Source of the DNA: Mobula hypostoma | Lineage: Eukaryota | Direction: 5' to 3' | Assembly (NCBI RefSeq): GCF_963921235.1 | Contig: NC_086125.1 | Location: 6,386,001-6,450,000 of the forward strand | Length of the DNA stretch: 64,000 nt | Shown: positions 13,250-25,529 of the stretch, one piece after another | Layout: each line of letters opens with the position of its first letter | Numbering within the stretch: the stretch's first letter is position 1 | Notes under the pieces: model-generated | The model's input: only the letters and a program-made list of their open reading frames with translations | Database searches by the model: none | Told to the model about the DNA's origin: nothing | Translations under genes and position numbers: made by a program

Positions 13250-13480
13250 TGTAGTGGAGTCCGATGACCCGGCGTTCCTGTCCCCTCCTCACTCACCCGG
13301 CTGCGCTTCCCCATCCCGAAACTCCGGTCTCTCCCTTCCTCACACGCGGCTGCTGGGCAGCGCCATTAGCAAACCACGTGTCCAGCAGCGCACCGGCTCA
13401 GCGCTCCGGGTGCAACACACGCAGCTCCGGAATAAGGTTCCGCTCCGCTTCCAGTGTGCCCTTCTCTTGTCTCTCCTACA
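13250..13480 (-). promoter_or_regulatory. PPAN: PPAN CpG-rich promoter / 5' UTR region
   Basis: Local GC/CpG enrichment around the start codon; E-box CACGTG at 13375-13380, YY1-like CGCCATT at 13361-13367, ETS-like CCGGAA near 13427. Confidence 0.7.
13297..13314 (-). CDS. PPAN: PPAN coding exon 1 (MGKRSR)
   Basis: Minus strand ATG GGG AAG CGC AGC CGG followed by GTGAGT donor; 18 nt, phase 0, in a CpG-rich patch; joins in frame to the next exon; comparable to human N-terminus MGQSGR. Confidence 0.88.
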
Positions 13481-14060
13481 ACGACCATTCGTTGAACTTT
13501 AATTTTTTTTTTGTAGTGTAGTAGCCAAAATACGCACAAGATCCCACAAGGAGCATAAATTAATATAAAATTAAAAATTTAGGTGGAATCATGTGGCCCA
13601 TCCACACGGTTTTCCTCCAACAAGATCATGGTTGATGAGAACTTGGCGTCAGCTCCACATAACTTTCGACTCCTCCAACTACTCAAACTTTATTCTGGCA
13701 TTCACTATATTCATATTCTGGTCATCCTAGTTCCAGAGCCCCCCCCCACAAGCAGAAGCAGCTCATTAAAAAAAAAGGGTCTTATCATAAAATGTTAAAT
13801 CTGGTTTTCTTTTCACAGATGCTGCCTGACCTGTTGAGTATTTCAAACTTTTCCCACACTCCATCACTAGCGCAGGTTGTTGGCAGATTTTTGGAAAACA
13901 AGCAGTGAAAGGTTTTGACTCACGGATCAAGATAAAGCTTTTGTTTGTGCGTCATCCAGACAGATCAGCCCATACATTGAATCGGTAGAAAAGGGGTAAA
14001 CAAAACTGAATGCAGATCGTGTCACAGTTACAGTGCAGGTAAACATAACAGGAGAAGGTA

Positions 14061-14517
14061 CAGTTCTGCGTAAAAGTCACAGGCACATATATACACTCCA
14101 GCTAGGGTGCCCAAGACTTCTGCACAGTATTTGTAAACGTGGAGCGGAGAGCGAGTTTCTAAATCTGGGGGGAGCTAAGGATGTTGGGAATGGCGAGGGT
14201 GGTGAGCTGGGGGAGGGATGTGGGGCAGGGCACTTAGACACACCCAGCCCTGAGACACCGGGCACGGTCATTTGATTCCAAACAATGGATTTATTGATCA
14301 TTACGGAATGTTTCTCGGGTGCTTTCCACTCCCTTCCCTCTCCATTCCCCTCTCCCTGCCCCTTTCCCACTCTCAGTCCACAATAGACCCCCCCCCCTCA
14401 GGTTACCATCACTCACATGTCATAAAATCTGTGTTTTTACGGCAGCAGTACAGAGCTGTACAAAGGTCTTAGGCACCCCAGCTAAACACATATGCTTAAG
14501 ACTTTTGCACAGCACTG
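14061..14517. mobile_element. Tc1-type MITE, second copy
   Basis: TA TSD, same doubled TIR ends and internal sequence as 6728-7167; about 0.7 kb upstream of the PPAN start. Confidence 0.8.
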
Positions 14518-15146
14518 TAAATTGAGAGATTAAGAGATCCATTCACGTGAGATCCATTCAAGAGATGTATAACAGCTGATTATTTTGAATATTTTATTTA
14601 TTTAGCAAAACATCACAAGTAGGCCCTTCTGGCCCTTCAAGCTGAGCCACCCCTGCAAACCCTCACAACCACAGTTTAATCATGAGACAATTTACAATGA
14701 CTAATTAACCTACTCATTACATCTTTGGACTGTGGGAGGAAACTGGAACTCCCAGGGAATAGCGGCTCACTCCAAGGGGAGGACATACAGCGACTCCTTA
14801 CAGACGGCACCAGAATTGAATGCAGAATTCCACCTGTAACTTTCCCCATGACAGATGTTAAGTTATGGTCTGTAGTTTCAGGATTTCTTGAATAAAGGAG
14901 TTATGTTTGTCATTTTCCCATAATTAGAACTTTCCTTAATGGAGAGAAAAGTAAAACCAATGTATCAGCTATCCCTCCACTTACCCCCCTCATTTAAAAC
15001 CCATGGATGAAATCCATCAGGAACTAGGCACTTCTCCGCAGTTCCAACAATTACTAAGATCATTGTCCTAGTGACTGTAATTTGTCCCAAGTTTCTCCCT
15101 CCCTTCCAATACCATCCTCTCCTATGGCTTTACGGGCCAGTCAGTA

Positions 15147-15847
15147 CACCAGTCATTGAAAGTGGGCATGCAGGTACAGCAGGCGGTGAAAAAGGCGAAT
15201 GGTATGCCGGCATTCATAGCAAGAGAATTCGAGTACAGGAGCAGGGAGGTACTACTGCAGTTGTACAAGGCCTTGGTAAGACCACACCTGGAGTATTGTG
15301 TGCAGTTTTGGTCCCCTAATCTGAGGAAAGACATCCTTGCCATAGAGGGAGTACAAAGAAGGTTCACCAGATTGATTCCTGGGATGGCAGGACTTTCATA
15401 TGATGAAAAACTGGATCGACTAGGCTTATACTCTCTGGAATTTAGAAGATTGAGGAGGGATCTTATTGAAATGTATAAAATCCTAAAGGGATTGGACAGG
15501 CTAGATGCAGGAAGATTGTTCCCAATGTTGGGGAAGTCCAGAACGAAGGGTCACAGTTTGAGGATAAAGGGGAAGCCATTTAGGACCGAGATGAGGAAAA
15601 ACTTCTTCACACAGGGAGTGGTGAATCTGTGGAATTCACTGCCACAGGAAACAGTTGAGGCCAGTTCATTGGCTATATTTAAGAGGGAGTTAGATATGGC
15701 CCTTGTGGCTAAAGGGATCAGGGGGTATGGAGAGAAGGCAGGTACAGGGTTCTGAGTTGGGTGATCAGCCACGATCATACTGAATGGTGGTGCAGGCTCG
15801 AAGGGCCGAATGGCCTACTCCTGCACCTATTTCTTATGTTTCTATGT
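15147..15847 (+). mobile_element. Young 5'-truncated CR1 LINE
   Basis: Open 199-aa ORF 15156-15755 (LYKALVRPHLEYCVQFWSP...FFTQGVVNLWNSLP) plus 3' UTR and TTCTATGT-type tail. Confidence 0.95.
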
Positions 15848-16019
15848 ATCACCCCGACCTGCTCAGTTTTCTCGTAAGACAATGTCTTCATCCTAGTTAT
15901 CAATGTGGAGAACTCCCTTTAACACAATCATATCCCTCCTCAACCCCATCAGCCCTTTACTTTGTACTTTATCAAATGCCTCATTAAGATCCAAACTAAC
16001 CACATCTACCAGTTCCCCA

Positions 16020-16380
16020 AGGGTGGCAGGGTGGAGATACGTCTCTACCAAAGGAGGTGTAAGATGCTCCTTCCCTCTGCTAGCCTGTGGGTCACCCTTG
16101 GGTAAGGTGTAGACTTGCTTAGGCCCTCGATCAGAGTCACATGAGGCCACGGGAGCAGGTGGTGGATGGTCGTATGAGCAGCTGGTGCACATCACAAGTC
16201 CTGGTTATGTGACCACTGATGCCAGTCAGTCTCTGAAGAGTATTGATAATCGCTGGTGTCATCTTTCCTGTAAAGACACTGCCCAGAAGATGACAATGGC
16301 AAACCACTTCTGTAGAAAAATTTGCCAAGAACATTCATGGCCAAAGACCATCATATGATGCAGCACGTTATGACGATGAC
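16020..16380 (+). mobile_element. Interspersed SINE-like repeat (RTE-type tail)
   Basis: Similar copies at 38440-38785 and 58075-58265; shared AATGGCAAACCACTTCTG motif. Confidence 0.65.
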
Positions 16381-16670
16381 CAGTTCCCTTGACTGCTGGA
16401 TGTTGAATTTCATGTCTGACATTTACCATTCTGTGCCAGAAGAGGGTGTCGTGGTCTGAGTTTGATTGTAACTGGCGATCTGACCTCTCCAGTACCTAGC
16501 AGAAAGAATCAGGTTGATTGTCACTGACGTGTGAAATTCATTGTTTTGCAGCAACATGACCATAAATAAATAGTGCAAAGGAGGAAATAATGAAGTAGTG
16601 TTCATGACCCATTCGTAAATCTGATGGCAGAGAGGAGACTGTTCTTAAAAGACACTTGCAAATTTCTATT

Positions 16671-17554
16671 AACACACATCAAAGTTGCTGGTGAACACAG
16701 CAGGCCAGGCAGCATCTCTAGGAAGCGGTACAGTCGATGTTTTGGGCTGAGACTCTTCGTCAGGACTAACTTAAGGAAGAGGTAGTAAGAGATTTGAAAG
16801 TGGGAGGGGGAGGGGGAGATCTGAAATGATAGAAGAAGACGGGGAGGAGGGGGGATGGAGCCAAGAGCTGGACAGGTGATTGGCAAAAGGGATATGAGAG
16901 GATCATGGGACAGGAGGCCCAGGGAGAAGGAAAAGGGGGAGGGGGGAAAATCTCAGAGGATGGGCAAGGGGTATAGCGAGAGGGACAGAGGGAGAAAAAG
17001 GAAAGAGAGAAAAAGAATGTGTGTATATAAATAAATAACGGATGGGGTACGAGGGGGAGGTGGGGCATTAGCAGAAGTTAGAGAAGTCAATGTTCATGCC
17101 ATCGGGTTGGAGGCTACCCAGACGGAATATAAGGTGTTGTTCCTCCAACCTGAGTGTGGCTTAATCTTTACAGTAGAGGAGGTCGTGGATAGACATATCA
17201 GAATGGGAATGGGATGTGGAATTAAAATGTGTGGCCACTGGGTTCCCCCCTCCCCCTTTTCCTTCTCCCTGGACCTCCTGTCCCATGATCCTCTCATATC
17301 CCTTTTGCCAATCACCTGTCCAGCTCTTGGCTCCATCCCTCCCCCTCCTGTCTTCTCCTATCATTTCAGATCTCCCCCTCCCACTTTCAAATCTCTTACT
17401 ACCTCTTCCTTAAATTAGTCGTGACGAAGGGTCTCGGCCCAAAACGTCGACTGTACCTCTTCCTAGAGATGCTGCCTGGCTTGCTGCGTTCACCAGCAAT
17501 TTTAATGTGTGTTGCTTGAATTCCCAGCATCTGCAGAATTCCTCGTGTTTACAT
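16671..17554. mobile_element. Penelope-like element with inverted arms
   Basis: Minus arm encodes a GIY-YIG C-terminus (LRLEEQHLIFRLGSLQPDGMN); inverted second arm from about 17241; degenerate hammerheads at both ends; 15-bp TSD TTGCAAATTTCTATT (16656-16670, 17555-17569). Confidence 0.9.
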
Positions 17555-18123
17555 TTGCAAATTTCTATTGATGTACCGTGGAGAGCATTGTAACAGACTG
17601 CATCACTGTCTAGAATGGGGGGAGGGGGCTCTGCGCGGGATTGAAGTAAGATGCAGAAAATCGTAATCTGAGTCAGCTCCTTCATGGGCACTAGCCTCCG
17701 TCCATAGTATCAAGGACATCTGCGAGGAGTAGTGCCTCAAAGAGACGGCATTTGTCATTAAGGACCACCCCCCCCCCAAGTTCTTATTGCTACCATCAGG
17801 GGGGAGGTACAGAAACCTGAACAAATTTTGCAACATATGCGGTTGATATGAAACTCGATTCTGAAATGCTGAGTCTGGATCTTCAGGCTCCTGTGCCTCC
17901 TCTCCAGTGGGGGTAACGAGGAGAGGGCATGTCCCAGTTAAGTGGTGGTTCCTAGGGCAGACGTCCCTCCCTGCAAAGACTCATTTCAGTGAGGTAGCAC
18001 CCCCGCCCCCCCACAACCCCATATCCCCCCCCCCGCCCCGGTTGACCTCCAAGGGTGCATGTATACGGGATATTTGATTAGGAAAGAACACAACAATTTA
18101 TTTGATCACATGTTGAAACTATT

Positions 18124-18124
<1 letters not shown>

Positions 18125-18189
<65 letters not shown>

Positions 18190-18205
18190 TATACATATAT
18201 ACATA
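18125..18205. repeat. (CA)n(TA)n compound microsatellite
   Basis: Seen directly. Confidence 0.95.
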
Positions 18206-18974
18206 TGTTGAGTATTTTGTTGGCAATCTGAATGTTAATAGCTAAATGCTAATGCAAATAACTTTTCTATTTCTTTTGCAAACTTTCCTTGTACTGTGAT
18301 GTGGCTTGCCTGGCAGATTTGAGCATTTTGTCGGAAGTTTCAACCCCATAGCAGTCTGTGTCAATGAATTTGTTAATTTCGCAAGACATCAGATTCGCAA
18401 GTGTTTTGTGAGACAGCTGACTTCTGAATTCTGTCTTGATGTGACGCACCATGCTGAATGTCCTTGCTACATCACAATTAGAATTTGGCAGCACCGAAAA
18501 CAGCTTCATCAACTGGCAGAACTCTTTGAATCTCAACTGCCCTGTGCTCACAGATTTTACTTTGGACAGCTTCCCCTAGAACTCATCAACTGGCAAACTT
18601 TTGTAGTTTGGCACCAGTCCTTCAAGGTTACTTGAGACATAACCCTGGACTTCCAGGTGGAGCTGTTCTCTTGCATCTGCCTTGATCACATTTGGAAATC
18701 TCTCTGCCAAAGTCAGAATCTGGTCTGGATTCACCTCATCTTGGCTCTCTGTATTGACCACTGACAGATTTTTCAAGATTTGGTCTCTCATTGGGAACTT
18801 CTCCAAGATTTTTTGAAAGCACCTGACATATTCAACTGCATTCTATGTTTTCAGCTTTGGCATCATTGCATGTCTACAAATCCAACTGTTACCTAATCCT
18901 GTGTTTCATTCCAGTACCTGGCTAAAATGGCACATGATATCGTTGCTTTCATCAACCAAAATACTGTATGGCCT

Positions 18975-19386
18975 CACGCACAACACGCTGGAGGAACTCA
19001 GCAGGTCGGGCAGCATCCGTGAAAACGATCAGTCAACGTTTTGGGCCGGGACCCTTCGTCAGGACTGTAGGGAGGGGGCAGAGGCCCTATAAAGAAGGTG
19101 GGGGGAGGGTGGGAAGGAGAAGGCTGGTAGGTTCTAGGTGAAGAAGGAATAGGGGATAACACAATGGGTAGTAGAAGGAGGCGGAACCAAGAGGGAGGTG
19201 GTAGGCAGCTGGGGGAGGGGGCAGAGTGATATAGGGATAGGGGAAGGGAGGGGGAGGGAATTACCGGTAGTTGGAGAATTCTATGTTCATACCAAGGGGC
19301 TGGAGACTACCTAGACGGTATATGAGGTGTTGCTCCTCCAGCCTGAGTTTAGTCTCATCATGGCAGTAGAGGAGGCCATGTATGGA
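18975..19386 (-). mobile_element. Penelope-like fragment inside the hAT element
   Basis: GIY-YIG C-terminal remnant (LEEQHLIYRLGSLQP) and degenerate hammerhead at 19031-19066. Confidence 0.8.
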
Positions 19387-19798
19387 TGGGACTTTTTTCT
19401 GTCCGGGTGAACTTGTACAAATCCTCTGAACATTCAGGTGCCGGTGCCATGTTCACAATTGCTGCTGTCTTGGTTGATGAGCAGGCATAGTTTTTTGCTA
19501 TTTCTGTACTTATACAGAATACAGAATATATACTATATTATATTATCAATAGACAATAGGTGCAGGAGTAGGCCATTCGGCCCTTCGAGCAAGCACTGCC
19601 ATTCACTGTGATCATGGCTGATCATCCACAATCAGTACCCCGTTCCTGCCTTCTCCCCATATCCCTTGACTCCGCTATCTTTATCATGGAGTCGTTTTTT
19701 TATTCTATTACAACTTTAAGCACGTCTGCAGGGAGTTTGGCCTCATCACGTGGGACTTCAATAGAGTGGCTCCTTAGCAGCTAGCCAGCTAGTTCAAA

Positions 19799-19891
19799 GG
19801 GAGTTAGATATGGGAAACAGTTGAGGGAGTTAGATATGGGAAACAGTTGAGGGAGTTAGATATTGGAAACAGTTGAGGGAGTTAGATATGG
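19799..19891 (+). repeat. 26-bp tandem repeat (about 3.5 copies) at the 5' edge of a CR1 tail
   Basis: GGGAGTTAGATATGGGAAACAGTTGA repeated; built from two CR1 segments seen at 15647-15699. Confidence 0.9.
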
Positions 19892-19947
19892 CCCTTGTGG
19901 CTGAAGAGATGAGGGGGTATGGAGAGAAAGCAGGTACAGGGTTCTGA

Positions 19948-20084
19948 CGCAAACAACAGGAATTCTGCAGATGCTGGAAATTCAAGCAACATACATCAAA
20001 GTTGCTGGTGAACGCAGCAGGCCAAGCAGCATCTATAGGAAGAGGCGCAGTCGACGTTTCAGGCCGAGACCCTTCGTCAGGACT
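19948..20084 (-). mobile_element. 137-bp Penelope-like terminal unit inserted in a CR1 tail
   Basis: TSD ACAGGGTTCTGA (19936-19947, 20085-20096); one edge coincides with hammerhead stem I. Confidence 0.85.
20049..20084 (-). ncRNA. Minimal type-I hammerhead ribozyme motif
   Basis: Reverse complement AGTCCTGACGAAGGGTCTCGGCCTGAAACGTCGACT; cores intact, G-U at the base of stem II. Confidence 0.75.
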
Positions 20085-22099
20085 ACAGGGTTCTGAGTTG
20101 GATGGTCAGCCATGATCATACTGAATGGCAGTGCAGGCACGAAGGGCTGAATGGCCTACTCCTGCACCTATTTTCTATGTTTCTAAATAACGTTAGTTAT
20201 GCTAATGAACGAATGACACCTATTAAACTCACATCAACATATCTTTTAGTCTTAACCCACCATGGGCAATAGAAAAGTCATTGTTGCAAACAGTGCAGCG
20301 AGCAACACTGTCATTATTTTTGACCCCTATTAGGCAGGGGTACACTTTAGGGTAGTCTGGGGTGACGTATGTTTTATATTTTTTTTTGAAACACTCTGCC
20401 ATGGCGGTGCAGGACACGAAACTGAACTGATGGACAATGAGAGAGAGACGGAGGTCGACAGTAAAGCCCGCCCACAGAGAAAACTGATAGGTCTACTTAG
20501 CACAAAGAGAGACCAATCAGGATGCTCGCTCTCGATCCTGCTCTCCCTCTCAAAAAAAATCAATTTCCGGGTATTGTATATAATTTGCGGGTGTCAGGGA
20601 GCCGCTATCAATATGCGGTGGGGGGGGGGGGACTCCCGGAACTTCCGGGAGAGGTGGGATGTCTGCTCGGGATGAATGCCACCTTCTTGAGGCATCAGCT
20701 CCTGCAGATGTCCTTTATGGTGGACCATTAACACTTTACAAACAGTTGAAACTTTTTTTGTAATGCAGGAAACATGGCAGTAAGTGAGTGATAATTGCTG
20801 GATAATCTGCTTTGGTGATGACATTGATTGCAGAATAAAGCACAGGCGCTCTCCAATTCCCATCACACAGAAGGCCATTTGGCCCATTAAGATGGTTCTT
20901 GGAGCAATCCCATTTCCCCGTTTACTTCTCACTAACCTATTCTCTCTCACACACGTACCCATCAACTCTGCTCTGATTCTCCCACATTCATCTCTGCTGC
21001 AGTACTTTGACATAGCCGATTAGCCCACAGGCAGAGGAAAGCTACGCAATAACTGCAAACGTGAACTCCAGACAGACAGCGCTGGAGTTGTAAAACCCAC
21101 TTAGCAGCTAATCCCTCTTTTTCCACACCCCACACCAGACACTGCTTCATTTCATCACAGGGAAGTGTAGAGTGGAGCCTACGGTATAGCACTCAACATA
21201 CCGGACTCACTGAGGACACGTGCGGTTCAATTTCTCCTCCATGATGCAGTGGTCCAGAGCCAGCAGCCAACTCTGCACAGAACGGAGATGGTCCTACCAC
21301 AGCACTTCAAAGCACAACGTTGACAATCTCCCCACCCCACCGATGATACTTGACTCTCTAGGTTCCTCCATCAGTTGGTTTTTCTTTCTTGCTTCACATT
21401 CCAATATCATCTGTCTCTTGCATCTCCATGGAGATCAAATCAAAATCCAGTTTAATTATCATTCAACCATACATGAATACAGCCAAATGAAACGTTGTTC
21501 CTCTGGGGCCAAAGCTACAAAACTTACACAGCACATTCAAAATAGTGAGCACACAGAGTCAAGAAAAAAAATATAAGTAATAAAAACTAAATAAATATAC
21601 AGCAGGCAAGCCCACGACATGAGGCCTAGTCTTTGCTACAACTAAGGCCATGCAGCACCCCGCCCTCCCCCCCCCCACCGGCTCTGTTGTGCCACCAGAC
21701 AACGGAAACAGCCCTGCAGCAGATGAAATTGCAAGGCAGAATGGTGGCATGGTTTGTTAGCATTTTTTTTTTAAAACAGTACCAGCGACCCAGGTTCAAT
21801 TCCTACCACTGCCTGTAGGAGTTTGTACGCTCTCCCTGAGTCCACGTGGGTTTCTTCCAGGTGCTCCAGTTTCCTCCCACGGTCCAAAGACGAACAGGTA
21901 GGTTAATTAATCATTGCAAATTGCCCTGTGAGTAGGCTAGGGTTAAATCAGGAGTTGCAGTGCAGCACAGCTCAAAAGTGCACACGAGTTTGTGTCTGTA
22001 TGTGCGCCTGTGTTTAGAGTAGGTCATGAGTTTACCCACTGAAATGGCGGGGCACAGGAACAAAGCAGAGGACATTCCATTAAAAATAATAAGAGTCAA

Positions 22100-25039
22100 A
22101 TGTAAGATTCCATCACAGATTTATTTTTTATTCTAAAAATCACAGATTAATAATTACCGATACATGTCAAAGACAAATGAGAATACATTATTAATTTTAT
22201 TGTGATAAGAGACAAGGTAATTAATATTATTGCATTTTTATTCTGCAACTTATTAAAACTAAAATCTAAGAAAGGTCAGATTATGTTCTGCATCTCCTTT
22301 ATCTGAGACCCTGCTGGTATTTGTACAGTTTTAACCAGTGCAACCCCTCTGCAGGACAAAACTCCCATATTCCCTGCAGATCTGATGAACCAATCTAACT
22401 GAGGAGCCGGGAATATTTAGAGTCCCTCATTCCGTCTGGTCGAGCAGTGTCTGGATTCACAGATGTCAGTAGGTCAGTATCTGTACATTGCATTTCCTGT
22501 GCACGTCAGCCTCGAGCCACGGGTCCTCAGAGAACTGGCGGTGGTGATGACCCCGCACCAATTCACATGCCAAGCAAACATACCCAATTATCAACACCCC
22601 ACCTGCACACAAATCAATTACCCCACAAGCACGATCATCCCCAATTCATACTCCACTACTGCCACAGAGTTTTTTTTTCTGGGTGGAAATTCCCTAATTT
22701 GGGAATTGCGGAGGTGGCTGTGGGGGAGAGGGAAAACGGGAACAAAGGTGGAATTGGACACTGGGAAGCACTGATCTTTGTCACCAGTGCAGGAGTATTC
22801 AATACTATGTTGTGATAAGAGATCAAAAAAATCTGTCATGCCCATTACAGCCAGTAGATAGCAAGGAGCCACCCATCTGAGAGGGACATAACTGAAATAA
22901 TATTGAACAGGGCAAGATATGCACTGTCGAAACAGGTCAGGCAATTTGAAGAGATTCAAATAAATTACCGCTTTCCAATTGCATCCTTAAGTGCACAGCA
23001 ATACAATGAATAAAATCAGTGCCCCATTAAAAGCAGCGTCTCCTTCACCACAAGCAGTAAAGTGGTGCCACATACCTGCTGTCAGGAGGTTAGGTGTGGG
23101 AAGAGCACAGTGAGTGAGCGGTGTGCGGGATGAGTGAACTTACAAAGTGATGAACATTGGACAGCATGTAGAAAAAACACAGAGGCTTCATGTGGAATTA
23201 CATCGTGCCACACAGCCGGTGCAGGGCTGACACCCACAAGCAAGGGCGCACCCAATCCAACACATGGTGGGGCCAAACCTACCCCTGGGCAAAGCATGCC
23301 ACTGAGAAAAGTTAAACCAAATGCAGAGTACAGGTCGTCTCTCCAGTAACCAAAGGGAATTTCTAAAACTTATCTGCCAAATAAATCACTGGGGTATAGC
23401 ACCTACTTTCATTTTAAACACATATTTGAGATGGGGGAAAAGTGAGGGCTCGCAGACGTCTGTGTAATGAAAGGGAACTCGCTCTCCAAGAACTGGTTGG
23501 GCTTATTAGGTGAATAATGACAGGTGAGGAGGCAAAGCATGGCTTCTCCCAGTAGGAAGGTCATGCAATTAAAAAAAATCTCCAGAGGTATGCCCAACCA
23601 GTGTTAGCAACTACGACTCGCTAACAGAGGAAACACCAGATTTGTCTGGATCTCACAATGTTTCCTTGTGCTCTGACACTTGGCTCTGTGATGCTACAGC
23701 AGGGGTCAGTGTGAGACCCGTAAGACATCTGGATTCAATCTCATGTATAACAACAGCAACTTACAAAATCAGCCGTGGGCGGCTGAGGTGGAATTCATGT
23801 TCAGGGAGTTGTGGCTAAAGTAGGATTTGCTTGGCAGTAACATGCCAGTTGGAATTTTGAAGCCCTGAGGCAGCAAGATTGTAGCCTGGGTTTGTAGCTG
23901 AAAAATGACCTTCTCACACCCCACCCATCCACTTAATATAATTCAGGCAGGGATATTACAAGTTTGTACCTTTGGTTATTTGGTGTAGGAAGGAAGCTTG
24001 AGGCTCACAAACAATAGACAGTGGGAGCCCGTTCACATTTAGCAGCAACAGAGTCATCAAACAAACTGGAGAACTCATTGCGGCCTTTTTACTGGGGTAA
24101 AAACAAGAGTTAACTGAAAAAGCATTAAAACTGCATTAAAAAAAGCATCAAGGACTTCCTTGTTTTGAGTCTTTCCACCAGTGCTTTATGCAAAATATAA
24201 CTCTTCTGTTATTCTACCATGCTAAAAGTTTTTAAAAAAAACTTTGCACTGTAATCTTTCCAAGGTGCTTTGACAGATGCACAATCAGCTCCTGTGTTTC
24301 AAGAATCAGCAGATCCAGTTTGTCAATGCCCAGGACAGCCAAGACTTGTAAAGTGCTGACAGGATATGTTCATGTCAGCTCACTGTCTGGGGTTTCTGAT
24401 AAATATTCCAAGTCTGAGGTGTTCCACTGTTTGAACAGTAACAGAGAGGAAGGTGACTCCTTAACATTGACATTCTCCAAGCACACAGCAGCATTATGAT
24501 TGAGGCTCAAGGGAACGTTGCGTTTCCTTCGAGCAACTCAAGGTTGGAGAAAAGGACAAAATAATTTTACTTTAAAGATGACAGCCAAGTTACCCCAGCG
24601 TGCCCACACTTAAACCATTTGTGCAACACGGACTCAACCCACAGATGAGCAAGGATTATCAACAGGAAATCCTCAATGCAGTGGCAAAGTTCCAAAGACT
24701 GCAAAATATCTTCACAGTCCCTGAAGAGATTGGCAAACATTTCTTCCAGCCATACACAAAGTCAGAAAGCGTGTGCTGTATGTTGCCGCTAGTCAGTATC
24801 TTCCATCAGCACTTCGTCAGACAGTGGCAACCTAGGACAGTTTTACCTTAGCCTGCTCTGCTTGAAGCATCACTGTCACTCCAGTCTCTGGTTGTGCTCC
24901 ACAAATGAAGATTCGACAGGCTGAGAAACCCATGTGGGCCGAAGATATCATTAGCACATTTGCACATCGAGCAGCCACCCTCTATTTAGATCTATTAATT
25001 GCAACACGATCTCCATCTCTCCCTCCAGTCTTCCTGATC
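22100..25039 (-). other. Probable 3' UTR of the RALGPS-like gene
   Basis: About 3 kb nearly free of recognisable repeats directly after the stop, ending in an AT-rich patch with several minus-strand AATAAA hexamers (22120-22245). Confidence 0.45.
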
Positions 25040-25069
25040 TCATTCAAAAGACATCAAGTTTGTGGGAAG
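25040..25069 (-). pseudogene. RALGPS-like terminal coding exon (LPTNLMSFE*)
   Basis: Poly-T tract plus TGCAG acceptor, then CTT CCC ACA AAC TTG ATG TCT TTT GAA TGA; RALGPS1/2 end in P.NLM.FE*. Confidence 0.92.
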
Positions 25070-25529
25070 CTGCAACAAAAAAAAAGTAAGGTCATGAGAA
25101 AGAAGATCGGGGCTAGGCCATTCAGCCCATTGAGCCTGCTCTGTAATTCTATATGATCGTGGCTGATCTAACTTTTGTCCATTATCCATAGGCTCCTTTC
25201 TTACTGATTAATGATCTCAGTTTTGAATGTACTCAAGGATTGAGCCTTCACAGCTTTGAAGTAAAGAGTTATAAAGCCCCTCAAACTTCGGAAGCCAGTC
25301 CTGATCTTTGTTATAAACACAGACCCCTTCATTCTGAGGCTATTCCCTCAGGTCCTTAATACCCCTGTGAGGGAAACATCTTCCCCAGCATTTACTTCAT
25401 CAAGCTATGAAGAAACTTTTGTTTCAATATGATCACCTTTTTTCAAAACTCTCAACTTTCCTTGCAAGACTGCTCCGTAATCCCTCTCAGTGAACCTTCT
25501 CTGAAATGCCTCCAACAATAATACATCCT

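Larger units (their letters stand above)
17958..20665 (-). mobile_element. hAT DNA transposon, internally deleted, with nested insertions
   Basis: TIRs CAGACGTCCCTC / GTGGGATGTCTG; ORF 20229-20417 with a zinc-finger-like N-terminus (CTVC..DFSIAHGG); ORF 18267-18551 hAT dimerisation domain (LPNSNCDVARTFS...KTEFRSQL); TSD not clean. Confidence 0.8.

Noticed and set aside
19799-19891. CRISPR-like direct repeats
   Set aside because: No unique spacers, eukaryotic context, sequence derives from CR1.
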